DNA from: a virus
Lineage: Duplodnaviria; Caudoviricetes
Strand: one strand, 5' to 3'
Virus record (IMG/VR): IMGVR_UViG_3300046786_000249
Coordinates: 1 to 60,468 of that record
DNA length: 60,468 nucleotides
The position numbers were made by a program, and so were the translations under genes. Below the pieces are notes generated by a model, which had not been told where the DNA came from, searched no databases, and saw only the letters and a program-made list of their open reading frames with translations. Positions 1-9,029 of the stretch are shown in pieces. Position 1 is the first letter of the stretch. Each line of letters begins with the position of its first letter.

Positions 1-9
1 GGTCGGACT

Positions 10-135
10 CGTCCGAAGCCGCCATCTGGATCGAGGACCTGTTCCGTACCGACTCGGTGTCCCCATCGATGTTGATGTGAGGAGTGTCCATGGACCAGTG
101 GACTGAGCACGTCAAGCTCGAGATCACCGATGCCG
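10..135. repeat. Terminal direct repeat, copy 1 (assembly circularisation overlap)
   Basis: Bases 10-135 are identical to 60343-60468 (126 bp). The repeat cuts through the end of the GATase gene and the start of the next gene, as expected for a circular assembly overlap. Confidence 0.95.
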
Positions 136-269
136 TGGACGATCCCTTCCGTCTGCTCCAGATCACCGTGTCCCTCAATGAAATGAAGGACATCGATCTG
201 ATCCCGGAAGCGACTCACGACAACCTTACCAACCTCATCACCACCGTTAACAATGGAAGTAATCAGTAA
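90..269 (+). CDS. Hypothetical protein (59 aa)
   Basis: ATG at 90 preceded by GAGGAG; follows the GATase stop across the circular junction. Confidence 0.7.
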   Translation: MDQWTEHVKLEITDAVDDPFRLLQITVSLNEMKDIDLIPEATHDNLTNLITTVNNGSNQ

Positions 270-786
270 CGGGGAACTGGGGCTCGCGCCCCTTTCTCCC
301 GACATCACGGGCAAGGTGGTCGTCGTCAATCACATGACGCTCGACCGCACGAACCAATCGCCCAGGTTCCAACTCGTCAAGGTAACAGGAGGATTCGGCA
401 CCCAAGACGGTGGCCCCAACAACCTGGTGTTCGGCATCTTCATTGCCGATGGACGTGACGCCAGGGTCACGCGCAGCGATCTCATTGGCGAGGCCACTCG
501 CTCTCTTATTGATCGCGCTCTCTCCGACAACCGGGCTACTGCAAGGTTCGATCTCAGCGAACGCATCTACATGCTCGTCGCCAAAGATCAGAGCCGTGCG
601 CGTGGCGACACGCCGCATGCGGCCATGGAGCGCTTACGTCGCATCACGCAGTCACCCGTGATGATGGCGTACCGCATGCACCCGGCCTCAAAGATCCTGT
701 CCACAGGATTCATTGAGTTCCCGGACGGCGCTCCACCCGAGCTCGTTCAGCTCAAGAAGGGAGAGGAGTGGATCGCCATCAACTAG
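253..786 (+). CDS. Hypothetical protein
   Basis: 177-aa ORF packed between neighbours, phage-like codon use. Confidence 0.75.
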   Translation: MEVISNGELGLAPLSPDITGKVVVVNHMTLDRTNQSPRFQLVKVTGGFGTQDGGPNNLVFGIFIADGRDARVTRSDLIGEATRSLIDRALSDNRATARFDLSERIYMLVAKDQSRARGDTPHAAMERLRRITQSPVMMAYRMHPASKILSTGFIEFPDGAPPELVQLKKGEEWIAIN

Positions 787-971
787 AGATCCACCGATTG
801 CTCAAGCGCCTCGGGCTCACGCCTGGGGCGACTCGACAGAAGGGTGGTCACATCAAGATGGACGTCAGCAACGGCGTCCAATTCCACAAGATTGTTTTCC
901 CAGTCTCGCCAAGCGACGAGCGCTGGAGAAAAAACATGGAGAGTTTTCTCAGAAAGAAGTTCAACCTATGA
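768..971 (+). CDS. HicA-like (dsRBD-fold) toxin / mRNA-interferase-like protein
   Basis: 67 aa, basic; RQKGGHIK resembles the HicA G-x-H motif; SPSDxRxxxN tail; GAGGAG RBS before GTG. Confidence 0.55.
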   Translation: MDRHQLEIHRLLKRLGLTPGATRQKGGHIKMDVSNGVQFHKIVFPVSPSDERWRKNMESFLRKKFNL

Positions 972-1498
972 GAGCAAGAAGAGCTACCCCCGAGCTGCGC
1001 AAGAAGGTCAAGAGCTTGATCGACAGCGGAGTTCCCAACAAAGAGATTGCGGTGATAGTCGAGATACCGTACACGCAAGTCATGTCCATCAAACGTGCGC
1101 TTGCGGCGTATCAGAAGCCGTCGGCAATTCTCAGGTCGAAGGACGAGTTCAGCAAGATCGACGCTTACCTGCGATCGATCTGCACTAAGCGGCTGATGGA
1201 CAGGATCGAGGCGGCTCGTAGCAATCGCGGCGACAACACCAAGGGCAAGATCACGCCAGTGATCGTCGCCCTGGTTGCCGACTTGGACAAGCAGGGCTAC
1301 ACCGGACTCGGCATTGCTCGAGCTCTCGGCATTGACCAGGCGACTGTCAGCAGGATCGTGAATCGCAAGTACGTGTACAAGCCCAAGCGAGTGGCGACCA
1401 AGCCGATCCCGGTTCTGGTTCCCAGCCCACCGGCTCAGCCTCAGCCCATTCCGGTCAAGCCAGGTCTTATGACCAGGCTATGGCGTTGGTTGTTCTGA
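968..1498 (+). CDS. DNA-binding protein with two HTH domains
   Basis: ATGA overlap with the upstream gene; HTH-like segments LIDSGVPNKEIAVIVEIPYTQV and YTGLGIARALGIDQATVSRIV; Pro-rich linker and RLWRWLF tail. Confidence 0.7.
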   Translation: MRARRATPELRKKVKSLIDSGVPNKEIAVIVEIPYTQVMSIKRALAAYQKPSAILRSKDEFSKIDAYLRSICTKRLMDRIEAARSNRGDNTKGKITPVIVALVADLDKQGYTGLGIARALGIDQATVSRIVNRKYVYKPKRVATKPIPVLVPSPPAQPQPIPVKPGLMTRLWRWLF

Positions 1499-1511
1499 GC
1501 GCATTTCAGAC

Positions 1512-1539
1512 CAGGTCCAAGGCGCAAGCCTTGGGCCTG
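1512..1539 (+). terminator. Hairpin ending the rightward early block
   Basis: CAGGTCCAAGGC-GCAA-GCCTTGGGCCTG, 12-bp stem with GNRA loop, followed by ATTCAGTTTCTTT. Confidence 0.6.
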
Positions 1540-1593
1540 ATTCAGTTTCTTTGGCCGAACCGCGCATCGATATTTACAGAAGCCTTACATGAC

Positions 1594-1622
1594 GAAGCCC
1601 CGGCTTTTTGGGCCGAGGCTTC
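1594..1622. terminator. Hairpin between convergent operons
   Basis: GAAGCCCCGGCTT-TTT-GGGCCGAGGCTTC imperfect stem. Confidence 0.45.
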
Positions 1623-1684
1623 CGGTTTCTGCTCACCACATCTGGGTGCCGCCTTATGAGCGGGCGCATCACATAGCGCCGATA

Positions 1685-2128
1685 TTAAGCGGGAGTTGCT
1701 TGTTTGTGCAATAGTGTTGCGTTATGTAGCTCCCTGATGACGAAGGCAAACCCTTCCGCGCTGAGCTCGACCGTGTAGTCCAGGTCGAAGTTTTCGCTCA
1801 TGTCCTTGTACAGGACGTCCATCGGAACCCGGACGCGCCAGCTCTGGAGATCCTCGCGGAAGGCCAGGGCAGGGTAGCCGCCAGCTCGCTCGGCCTGCTC
1901 GCAAGCCTGCTCCCAGAACTTCTTGATGTCGCCGTCCTTGATCCGCTTGTACCGCTTGATCTCGAGCGCGAAGGCCTGGATTCCGAGGATGTCGTGGCCA
2001 CCGTTCCTGGTCTGCTCGAGGTTGCGCTTGAGCGGTTCGGTCAGGGCCTCGCCCAGGAGGTCGGTCAAGACGCGACAGAACTCGCGCTCTCCGGATGCGC
2101 CCTTGGCGCGACTGTTGATCTTCCCCAT
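1685..2128 (-). CDS. Holliday junction resolvase (PD-(D/E)xK, archaeal/phage type)
   Basis: N-terminal SRAKGASGERE, GGHDI and ALEIKR motifs. Confidence 0.8.
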   Translation of the reverse strand: MGKINSRAKGASGEREFCRVLTDLLGEALTEPLKRNLEQTRNGGHDILGIQAFALEIKRYKRIKDGDIKKFWEQACEQAERAGGYPALAFREDLQSWRVRVPMDVLYKDMSENFDLDYTVELSAEGFAFVIRELHNATLLHKQATPA

Positions 2129-2301
2129 CACTCGTCCTCCGGGATCTTGACGCCGGTCACCACCAGGATGTCGGCCAGCATCTGGACCGCCTTCTCGATG
2201 TCGTCGTCCGAGAGGAAGTCCTTCAGCGGGGATCCTTTCTGGTTCTGCAAGGCGGCGTAGACCACCTCCTCTTCAAATGGTCGTTTGTTCTTGGTTGTCA
2301 T
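2128..2301 (-). CDS. Hypothetical protein (57 aa; not in ORF track)
   Basis: MTTKNKRPFEEEVV...IPEDE; fills the gap with overlapping start/stop codons on both sides. Confidence 0.6.
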   Translation of the reverse strand: MTTKNKRPFEEEVVYAALQNQKGSPLKDFLSDDDIEKAVQMLADILVVTGVKIPEDE

Positions 2302-2681
2302 GCTTCTCTCCTAAGTGCTTCGTACTGGCGGCGTGTCATCCCCAGGTTGAACACGCTGTTGGCCGTGTACTTCTTGCGGACGTTCTCCCGATACCGACGA
2401 CGGTTCTCCTTCACGTCGGACTTGGGTTTGGTGGCGTTTGGCTTGTCGCCGATGGCGTAGATGGCGCGAGGGTAGCGACGCTGCCCCTCGGTGTCGTAGG
2501 TCCAGCCAATGATGTGCAGTCGCTTGCCGGACTGGGGCGTGCGCCTGGACATGCGACCGACGATGGCGCCGATGATGGTGCGGTCCTGACCCAGCACCCG
2601 GCAGATCTCCTCGCGTGTGCTCGGACCCTGATCCTCTAGGATCTGCATGATCAGGGGAGGGTAGTGGCCCCACTTGTTCAT
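2298..2681 (-). CDS. Winged-HTH-like DNA-binding protein
   Basis: IMQILEDQGPSTREEICRVLG followed by a basic C-terminus. Confidence 0.6.
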   Translation of the reverse strand: MNKWGHYPPLIMQILEDQGPSTREEICRVLGQDRTIIGAIVGRMSRRTPQSGKRLHIIGWTYDTEGQRRYPRAIYAIGDKPNATKPKSDVKENRRRYRENVRKKYTANSVFNLGMTRRQYEALRREA

Positions 2682-3214
2682 GGCACACCCCACAACCTGA
2701 CCAGTCCAAAGACCCCGTCGAGCAGCAAGAAGGCCGCGGTGATCCACATCAGGAACCGAACCGTCAGGCCAGCACGTCCACGTTCCGGCCCTTCGTTGCC
2801 GTCAAATAAACCTCTCTGTTGGTACTGGCGGTTTGCTCCACCTGGGCCAAAGAAGCCTTCTCCACCCGATGCTTTTCCGTTTGGAGCTCCTGGAACTCCA
2901 CTGCCGTCAGCCTTTGGATGGGGGTTCCAGACCGTAAAAAACTGATAGGTGGTGATTCCATTGCGGATGGCCTCGTACTTCTGTTCTGTTGTGTGACCGT
3001 CCCATTGTCGGTGGTACTCGGGCAGGCCTTGGAACAGGTGCGCATCACGGTCGTGGAAGTGCCAGCTCGCCTGGCCCCAGGGGAACTCGATGTACACGCA
3101 GTTGTGCCACTCGGGATCCCAGTTCTCGATGGCGGTGCGCTTCAGCCCGGAGGGGTACATCCTCGCCAGCAGGGCGACGAGGTGGTTGCGTTCGTCGTAG
3201 ACCTTGTCAAGCAT
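2678..3214 (-). CDS. WDGH-motif protein with unusual C-terminal extension
   Basis: YDERN...GQASWH...WDGHTTEQKY motif; the extension ends in a hydrophobic segment. Confidence 0.6.
   Translation of the reverse strand: MLDKVYDERNHLVALLARMYPSGLKRTAIENWDPEWHNCVYIEFPWGQASWHFHDRDAHLFQGLPEYHRQWDGHTTEQKYEAIRNGITTYQFFTVWNPHPKADGSGVPGAPNGKASGGEGFFGPGGANRQYQQRGLFDGNEGPERGRAGLTVRFLMWITAAFLLLDGVFGLVRLWGVP
2764..2961 (-). CDS. Possible nested hypothetical protein (65 aa)
   Basis: MESPPISFLRSG...VDVLA in another frame inside the WDGH ORF; GAGG about 10 nt upstream. Confidence 0.35.
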   Translation of the reverse strand: MESPPISFLRSGTPIQRLTAVEFQELQTEKHRVEKASLAQVEQTASTNREVYLTATKGRNVDVLA

Positions 3215-3725
3215 GGCGCAGCCCCTTCACCAGTCGCTTGATCTCACGGTCAGGATCGAAGCTCTTGGGAACCTCCACGCCAGCCGCGTCGTAGATCCCG
3301 CGCAGGGTCTTCAGGATCAGCTTGTCAGCCTGCTCCTGGGTCGCGGCATCCTTGACCATCTGGTCGGCGTAGCTCTGCATCAGCTCTTGCGCCACGTTCT
3401 GGATCGAGTACGCCTGGAACTCGGCGCTTGGGTTGCGCTCACCGATGTAGTCCATGTACGCCTGAACAACGTGAACAGACTCATGGATCAGGAGCGACGC
3501 CATCTGAATGCCAGTCTTCTTGTCGTTCGGCCTGACGCACACGATGCAGCAGATCCCCTTCGTGGGATGGGTGAACTCATGCATCGTTGCGTTGGCATCA
3601 TCGCTGACCCACTTGTTGTGCGGTGTTGGCACCTCCAAGTGAGCCAGTGTCTTTTTGTAGTCTTCCTCCGACGTGCAGAGGGTTAGGTATGGTCCGACTA
3701 TCAAGGACCGGTCAAGCCACTTCAT
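3207..3725 (-). CDS. HExxH zincin-like protein
   Basis: LLIHESVH followed by EFQAY. Confidence 0.6.
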   Translation of the reverse strand: MKWLDRSLIVGPYLTLCTSEEDYKKTLAHLEVPTPHNKWVSDDANATMHEFTHPTKGICCIVCVRPNDKKTGIQMASLLIHESVHVVQAYMDYIGERNPSAEFQAYSIQNVAQELMQSYADQMVKDAATQEQADKLILKTLRGIYDAAGVEVPKSFDPDREIKRLVKGLRHA

Positions 3726-4027
3726 TACTTCCTTTCAAACACCAGACGACGCATGTCCTCCAGGTGGTACTTCGTTGATTCCAGTTGGCCGACGCTACCC
3801 ACCCCTTGGGATGGCCTGCATCCGGCCTGCCACAGCTCGTCCATCATGGTTTGCGCCGCCTCGAATGGGAGACGGATGGTCGGCTGGACGATCTCGCCAG
3901 GTTTGACGCCCACCATGGTGACCGGGAGCGCCACGTCGAATCCGTTCGGACCCCTGAGCCCGATACGAATGGCGATCTCGTTGCTCCAGATCTCCCGCTG
4001 GGCGCTGATCTGCCAGCGTTCTTCCAT
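3725..4027 (-). CDS. Hypothetical protein
   Basis: Coupled ORF with LMDELW-like and HLEDMRRLVF segments. Confidence 0.75.
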   Translation of the reverse strand: MEERWQISAQREIWSNEIAIRIGLRGPNGFDVALPVTMVGVKPGEIVQPTIRLPFEAAQTMMDELWQAGCRPSQGVGSVGQLESTKYHLEDMRRLVFERK

Positions 4028-4362
4028 CACTTCTTCTCCTTCTCGAGCATGGCGTCGATGGCTCGCTGAAGGCGGACCACGTCAGAGTGATGGACATACC
4101 CGGTCACAGAACACAGGCGCACGATCTGCCCCTGCAAGGCTTCACTGACGCTCTCATCAATCATGCGAGAGCCCATCTTGAAGGGCCTAGAAAGGGAGGC
4201 GGCTCGCCACACCACGAACTGCTGGATGGCAAAGCGGATCGTTCCGTAGATGGAGCCGATGACGGCCAGCTTGTAGACGAGGAAGCCGACCAGCACCCAG
4301 ACGGTGAGGCTCGGCAGTCCTGCGATCATGTGAAGAATCTCTTTCAACTCTTCCATGGTCAC
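4027..4362 (-). CDS. Hypothetical membrane protein
   Basis: Hydrophobic stretch LTVWVLVGFLVYKLAVIGSIY. Confidence 0.7.
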   Translation of the reverse strand: MTMEELKEILHMIAGLPSLTVWVLVGFLVYKLAVIGSIYGTIRFAIQQFVVWRAASLSRPFKMGSRMIDESVSEALQGQIVRLCSVTGYVHHSDVVRLQRAIDAMLEKEKK

Positions 4363-4691
4363 GCTCCGTAGGCGCGGCGTTCCGCACGTTGGTTGGCACT
4401 CTTGGTGCGATAGATCTCGATCTCGAGCTCAGCGGCCTTCAGGTGGTAGCGGATCTTCTCCTCCTGGAGCACCGCTTCCTTCAGCCCATCGAGCAGCTCG
4501 GCGTACTTAGGGTGTGCCCGAGCATCACGCTCTTGGCCTGCGGCAGAGCTGACGCCAGTGCGCTCAGCGTCCTTCATGAGAAGGGCAAGCAGCGTCTTCT
4601 TGTATTCCTCGATGTACTCGCGGTTGGCGCGAGCTGGCGCGTACCGATCGGCAAGCTGCCGGTAGCGCTCAATCAGTTCTTCGATCTCCAT
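4359..4691 (-). CDS. Helical phage protein (possibly UvsY-like)
   Basis: Coiled-coil pattern, QERDARAHPKY and IYRTKSANQR motifs; fold assignment is an inference. Confidence 0.6.
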   Translation of the reverse strand: MEIEELIERYRQLADRYAPARANREYIEEYKKTLLALLMKDAERTGVSSAAGQERDARAHPKYAELLDGLKEAVLQEEKIRYHLKAAELEIEIYRTKSANQRAERRAYGA

Positions 4692-4693
4692 GG

Positions 4694-5113
4694 TTACTCC
4701 TCAATGAATGCGACGGTTCCGTCGCGGTAAAAAAGCCTGTTGCCAACCCTGCTGGGGTAGCTCAGGAACTCTTCAGAACCTGGCCGAGCGGGTCGGCTAG
4801 GGTTGTGAATGGCGGCGATGTAGTTCGGCCGCTCAATCAGCGGCGATGTCTTGCTCCGGTTCATGTGCATTCCGGTGACTGCGCCCAGCTCTTGCAGCTT
4901 CTCGGCTCCGCGCTTGGTCAGTGACCAGGTGGAGAGCGTCTGTCGCACGTACCCGGATTCCCGCATGCGATCCATGTACTCGGCGTCGAACTTGGCGATG
5001 CTGTAAATGGCGCCAGCCACCAGCTTCAGCTCCTTCGAAGTCTTCGGTGCGAACGAGAGCGCATACAGGATGCGGTGGGAGCCAGCGTTGCGAAGGATCT
5101 TTCCGGTGTTCAT
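4694..5113 (-). CDS. Winged-helix-like hypothetical protein
   Basis: MRESGYVRQ...WSLTKRG wing motif; C-terminal RPGSEEFLSYPSR. Confidence 0.6.
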   Translation of the reverse strand: MNTGKILRNAGSHRILYALSFAPKTSKELKLVAGAIYSIAKFDAEYMDRMRESGYVRQTLSTWSLTKRGAEKLQELGAVTGMHMNRSKTSPLIERPNYIAAIHNPSRPARPGSEEFLSYPSRVGNRLFYRDGTVAFIEE

Positions 5114-5319
5114 GCAGAGCTCTTTCTTGACGCCTTGAGCGCCAACAATGCGCCGCCCTTGCGAGTGGCTCCAGTGCGCCAGCAACGGCCACACACGAAC
5201 TTTTGAGGACCGAGGTCAACGCCATCGGTAACGCTTCTCTCAGCGCCGCACCGATAGCATTGCGAACGGCTCAACGAGAACTCGTGCGAACCAGGTAGGG
5301 TGATGTTCTCGTTCAGCAT
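5110..5319 (-). CDS. Small zinc-ribbon protein
   Basis: CYRC...CGRC. Confidence 0.6.
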   Translation of the reverse strand: MLNENITLPGSHEFSLSRSQCYRCGAERSVTDGVDLGPQKFVCGRCWRTGATRKGGALLALKASRKSSA

Positions 5320-5320
5320 T

Positions 5321-5707
5321 TCAGCCACCCATTGACTTGCCGTCTTGTCCCGCAACGATCGCGGTCTGCATCAGGTGCTGAGTCGCGTCGTTGATGTTCT
5401 CCGTGTCCTTGATCAGGTCGGGAACCTTGTCATCCGTGATGCCCTTGGCTTCGGCGTACTCGGTCACCATCATGCTCAGCGTGTGGCTCAACGAGTTCGT
5501 CATGGCCTCGATGGCTTGCTCTGGCACCTCACCACCCTTGCGGATCATGACTGCCATGATTGATGTGATGTTCTGCACCTGAGTGCAGAGCATCATTTGG
5601 TGAACGCAGTCTGCGTACGCCTTGCCCTTGACTGACGCCAGGGTGTCGAGCATCGACATCGATTCTTTGCGGACCGCGTCCAGGTTTGCCGCGATTGTTG
5701 CGATCAT
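5321..5707 (-). CDS. Hypothetical protein
   Basis: ATG 5707 overlapping the upstream stop, GGAG RBS. Confidence 0.65.
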   Translation of the reverse strand: MIATIAANLDAVRKESMSMLDTLASVKGKAYADCVHQMMLCTQVQNITSIMAVMIRKGGEVPEQAIEAMTNSLSHTLSMMVTEYAEAKGITDDKVPDLIKDTENINDATQHLMQTAIVAGQDGKSMGG

Positions 5708-5997
5708 GATTTCACTCCGATTAGTTCTTGATCCCACAGCTTTTTGTATGTCCGGCAGATGGCGGTCAGCGTGAGTTCTCTTCGTTCTGCTTTGGTTAAG
5801 TTGCCCCCCTGGTCGAGCTCGTAGTGACACTTCATGCAGAGCCACGCGGTCATGCCGTCGTGCGCCTTGATGCCAGTGCCCTTGCCGTGCTCGATCAGGT
5901 TTGAATGAGCCGCAACCGTCGTCCCGTCCTCGGTGCCGCACATGACGCACGGCTGGCCCTTGGCTAGGTCGAGGAGCTTGCGGCTACGAAAGTTCAT
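5704..5997 (-). CDS. DUF1364/YbcO-like putative nuclease
   Basis: RSRKLLDLAKGQPC-x2-C...TTVAAHSN...GKGTGIKAHD...CMKCH. Confidence 0.8.
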   Translation of the reverse strand: MNFRSRKLLDLAKGQPCVMCGTEDGTTVAAHSNLIEHGKGTGIKAHDGMTAWLCMKCHYELDQGGNLTKAERRELTLTAICRTYKKLWDQELIGVKS

Positions 5998-6251
5998 TGG
6001 CGCTCTTCTCCGGGCTTGCGCCATAGCTCCTTGTTTCGCTCCCCCACCTTCTCGCACCTGAAGTCGTGCATCAGCACCGACGCGATCATCATTCGTTGAC
6101 CGGGATGGTTGTGATGCGTGATGCCAGCGGCCTTGTAGAGGTCGGTCGGCTTGAAGCGATGAGGCATCGAGTCAAAGACGGAGGCGATCTTTTCGTAGAG
6201 CGAAGCGCGACGTGCCGCGACTGATGCTTCGACTTGTTTGTCGGATCTCAT
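5994..6251 (-). CDS. Hypothetical protein
   Basis: 85-aa ORF coupled to the primase-helicase. Confidence 0.65.
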   Translation of the reverse strand: MRSDKQVEASVAARRASLYEKIASVFDSMPHRFKPTDLYKAAGITHHNHPGQRMMIASVLMHDFRCEKVGERNKELWRKPGEERQ

Positions 6252-7954
6252 TCCTCACCTCCAGGAGGCGGTGAGTACGCGCCGTCGAACTCCTTGAAGC
6301 GCCCGCATTCGGGGCGCCACTTGAGATAGGCGATGCCGCGCTTGCCAAGCCAGCGACTGCGGATCTTCTGGACGTGGACTTCAGTCGCCGCATTCGGGTT
6401 CTTCACGTCCCGATGCACGGCGATGATGTTGTCGGCCTTGTTGTAGAAGTGGGCTGAGCCAGAGACCGTGTACCCATCGGGCACCGGGTACTCGCCGTTG
6501 CGCTCTTTCATCAGCTTCGCGGGGTGCGCCACCAGCCAGATGTGGATGCTGTTCTCGCGAGCGAACTTCCGCATCTGGGTGAGGAAGGTCGAGACGTACT
6601 CAGTCTCGGAGACACCGTCCTTGCGCTTGGTGTGATCGAGCTCGTTGAAGGGATCGATGATCAGACCCTTCATGCCGTGGCGGCGTACCAGCTCTTTGGC
6701 CTTGGCCAGCACGGCGTCCAGGCTCGGCTCTTCGGGCATGATGAAATGGAAGTGTTCGTTGAGCCATTCCTTGGCCTCGCGGAACTTCGCCTGGTTGACG
6801 CGACCAGCAACCAGTCGCTCGCCCATGCGCTTCTCCATGAGCTTGGCCGCATGCCAGGAGATCGGTTGGTTCTCCGGGGAGCACACGCCGAAGGACCAGC
6901 CTGCGTTCTCCGCAATGTTCACCGCCAGCGCATCGAGCCACTCGCTCTTGCCCATCGAGGGGATGCCGGTGACCAGCGTCCATTGACCAGGCGCCGGGGT
7001 GTAGAGGGTGTTGACCGAGCCCCAGCCAGTGGGTTCGCCCTGGACCATGCCGAACTCGAGCATGGTGTTGATGTCTTCTTCGATGTCGTTGACCGAGAAG
7101 ATCCCTTCGACGGGGTAGGGCTTGGCGTCCTCGATGACGTGCGTCAGGGCTTCTGCGCCGTGCTTGATCAGGACTTCGTTGGCGTCCTTGCAACCCTCGG
7201 GGTAGATGACGCGGTAGCACTTCTCGCGTCCAAGGCGGCGACTGAGCTCTTCCTCGAGCTTCTTGCCTGGCTCGTCGTTGTCGACCGCCAGGATGAAACG
7301 CTTCACGCGATCGAGTCTCTCGTCGTCCAGGAACTCGAACTTCTTCTCGAGGTTCTTCGCTCTCTCTTCGGGGGCGCCGTCAGGAACTGAGACGACATTG
7401 ATGAAGCCTGCGACCTCGAGCGAGAGGGCATCCATTTCCCCTTCGCAAATGATCGTGGTGTCGTCATTGATGTCGTCGTATCGGTAGAGAACCTTCTCGG
7501 CGCCAGCGACTTGTCGGAAGTTCTTCTGGGCGTCTCGGTACTTGACGTTCACTACCTCGCCGTCCTTGTAGTACGGGAAGGCGATGGCGACGACCTCGTC
7601 CTCGATCTGAGGCATCCACACACGTTCCATCGAGATCCGGTTGCGGATCAGAACGTCAGTGGTGATGCCGCGCTTGGTGAAGAAAGTGTGAGCTGAGTCG
7701 CTTAGTGCAGCAGGCCGGAACTCAGGCCTGGGGTAGATGCGCCGTGATGGCGGTGCAGATCGGTTGATGACGCCGGAGCCAAGCCCGCCGGACCAACCGC
7801 AGTGATGGCAATGCCAGATGCCCTTTGAAGTGTTCACGTTCAGGCACGGGTAACTCTTCTTCTTCCGTGTGTGTGAGCACTGTGGACAGGTGGTCTTGAC
7901 CTCCTCTCCGGAGCGACCGTTGAGGTCGATTCCGAAATCAGTGAAAGCCTTCAT
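6248..7954 (-). CDS. Primase-helicase (T7 gp4/Twinkle-like)
   Basis: Zn finger CPQC...CHHC; TOPRIM ICEGEMDAL and VDND; SF4 helicase Walker A TGIPSMGKS, LIIDP, LVAHP, GSAHFYNKADN. Confidence 0.95.
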   Translation of the reverse strand: MKAFTDFGIDLNGRSGEEVKTTCPQCSHTRKKKSYPCLNVNTSKGIWHCHHCGWSGGLGSGVINRSAPPSRRIYPRPEFRPAALSDSAHTFFTKRGITTDVLIRNRISMERVWMPQIEDEVVAIAFPYYKDGEVVNVKYRDAQKNFRQVAGAEKVLYRYDDINDDTTIICEGEMDALSLEVAGFINVVSVPDGAPEERAKNLEKKFEFLDDERLDRVKRFILAVDNDEPGKKLEEELSRRLGREKCYRVIYPEGCKDANEVLIKHGAEALTHVIEDAKPYPVEGIFSVNDIEEDINTMLEFGMVQGEPTGWGSVNTLYTPAPGQWTLVTGIPSMGKSEWLDALAVNIAENAGWSFGVCSPENQPISWHAAKLMEKRMGERLVAGRVNQAKFREAKEWLNEHFHFIMPEEPSLDAVLAKAKELVRRHGMKGLIIDPFNELDHTKRKDGVSETEYVSTFLTQMRKFARENSIHIWLVAHPAKLMKERNGEYPVPDGYTVSGSAHFYNKADNIIAVHRDVKNPNAATEVHVQKIRSRWLGKRGIAYLKWRPECGRFKEFDGAYSPPPGGEE

Positions 7955-8293
7955 TTCTCTCCAAGTTGCTGTTCGTTGCTGTAAGTAGCGATAGAGAGCA
8001 GCTATGTGTCTAGCTGAGCTACGCCGGGTATCTGCGTTGAATCGACCGCTAAGCTAAGCTACGCAGTACACCGATTATGTACGTTACAGAGACGTTGACA
8101 ACCAGTGTTGCTTGGCGAAAACCGTAGACGAATCAACGGGATGGATTATCTGTCGCCAAAACTCATAAACCATTAGGGCAAACCCTAATGCAACCTAGTT
8201 GCACATGGAGCTACAATCTGCTCCACGCAATCGGTTGAATGTCCAATAGATTGTGCCAATCGAGTATCCCACCAACAACACACTGGAGGTCTG
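7955..8293. promoter_or_regulatory. Divergent control region
   Basis: AT-richer gap between head-to-head operons. Leftward TTGTCA-16-CATAAT (8101-8074), rightward TACAAT (8212-8217), palindromes CATTAGGG-CAAA-CCCTAATG (8171-8190) and TGCAAC-CTA-GTTGCA (8189-8203). Confidence 0.7.
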
Positions 8294-8995
8294 ATGACAA
8301 CCCAATCAAAGACGGCAACACCGCACGTCTACCAAGCCATCGCAGAGGTGATGGCAACCATCGGCAAGGAAGGCATTTCCAAGGGCCGCAAGAACGAATC
8401 GCAGGGCTACGCCTTTCGGGGGATTGACGACGTCTACAACGCTCTGGCGCCGATCCTCTCGGGCGCAAAGCTCTGCCTGTTGCCGTACGTGAAGGACCGT
8501 CAGGTGATCGAGCGTCAGACGCGCTCGGGCTCGGCGCTCTTCTACGTGACCGTCTCGGTGGACTTCCACCTGGTGTCTGCGGTCGACGGCTCGGGCCACG
8601 TCATCAGCGTGGTCGGCGAGGCGATGGACTCTGGCGACAAGGCCACCAACAAGGCGATGTCTGCGGCCTACAAGTACGCCTGCATGCAAGCCTTCTGCAT
8701 CCCCACAGAAGGCGACAACGACGCGGATCGCACGACTCATGCGGACTTGACGCCAAGTCAAGTGAAGACGCCCGTTGGCACGATCACCAAGGCGCCCACC
8801 AGCACCCTAGTCGGAGCTGACGAGGTCTCCGCCATCACGAACCTGGCGAACAAGGCGGGCGTTGCGCTGGCCTCGATCGCCGCGGCATACGACGTTGAGT
8901 CGATCGAAAAGCTTCCGCTTGCGAAGACCGCAGAGGTCATCGCTCGCTTGCAGAAGAAGGCTGTTGAAGTCGCTCAAGCGGCTCAAGCGGCGTAA
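8294..8995 (+). CDS. erf: ERF-family single-strand annealing protein
   Basis: GYAFRGIDDVYN...GEAMDSGDKATNKAMSAAYKY...FCIPT; GGAGG RBS. Confidence 0.9.
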   Translation: MTTQSKTATPHVYQAIAEVMATIGKEGISKGRKNESQGYAFRGIDDVYNALAPILSGAKLCLLPYVKDRQVIERQTRSGSALFYVTVSVDFHLVSAVDGSGHVISVVGEAMDSGDKATNKAMSAAYKYACMQAFCIPTEGDNDADRTTHADLTPSQVKTPVGTITKAPTSTLVGADEVSAITNLANKAGVALASIAAAYDVESIEKLPLAKTAEVIARLQKKAVEVAQAAQAA

Positions 8996-9029
8996 ATGAA
9001 AACTTGGATTTAAGGAAGAAGGTTAAAAA

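Noticed and set aside
1-10. First 10 bases (GGTCGGACTC) are the reverse complement of 60333-60342, suggesting a micro-inversion
   Set aside because: At the contig edge beside a short inverted repeat (GGTCG...CGACC); most simply a chimeric read or assembly artefact
10-135. 126-bp terminal repeat as a biological direct terminal repeat
   Set aside because: It cuts through coding sequence and its length is typical of assembler overlap
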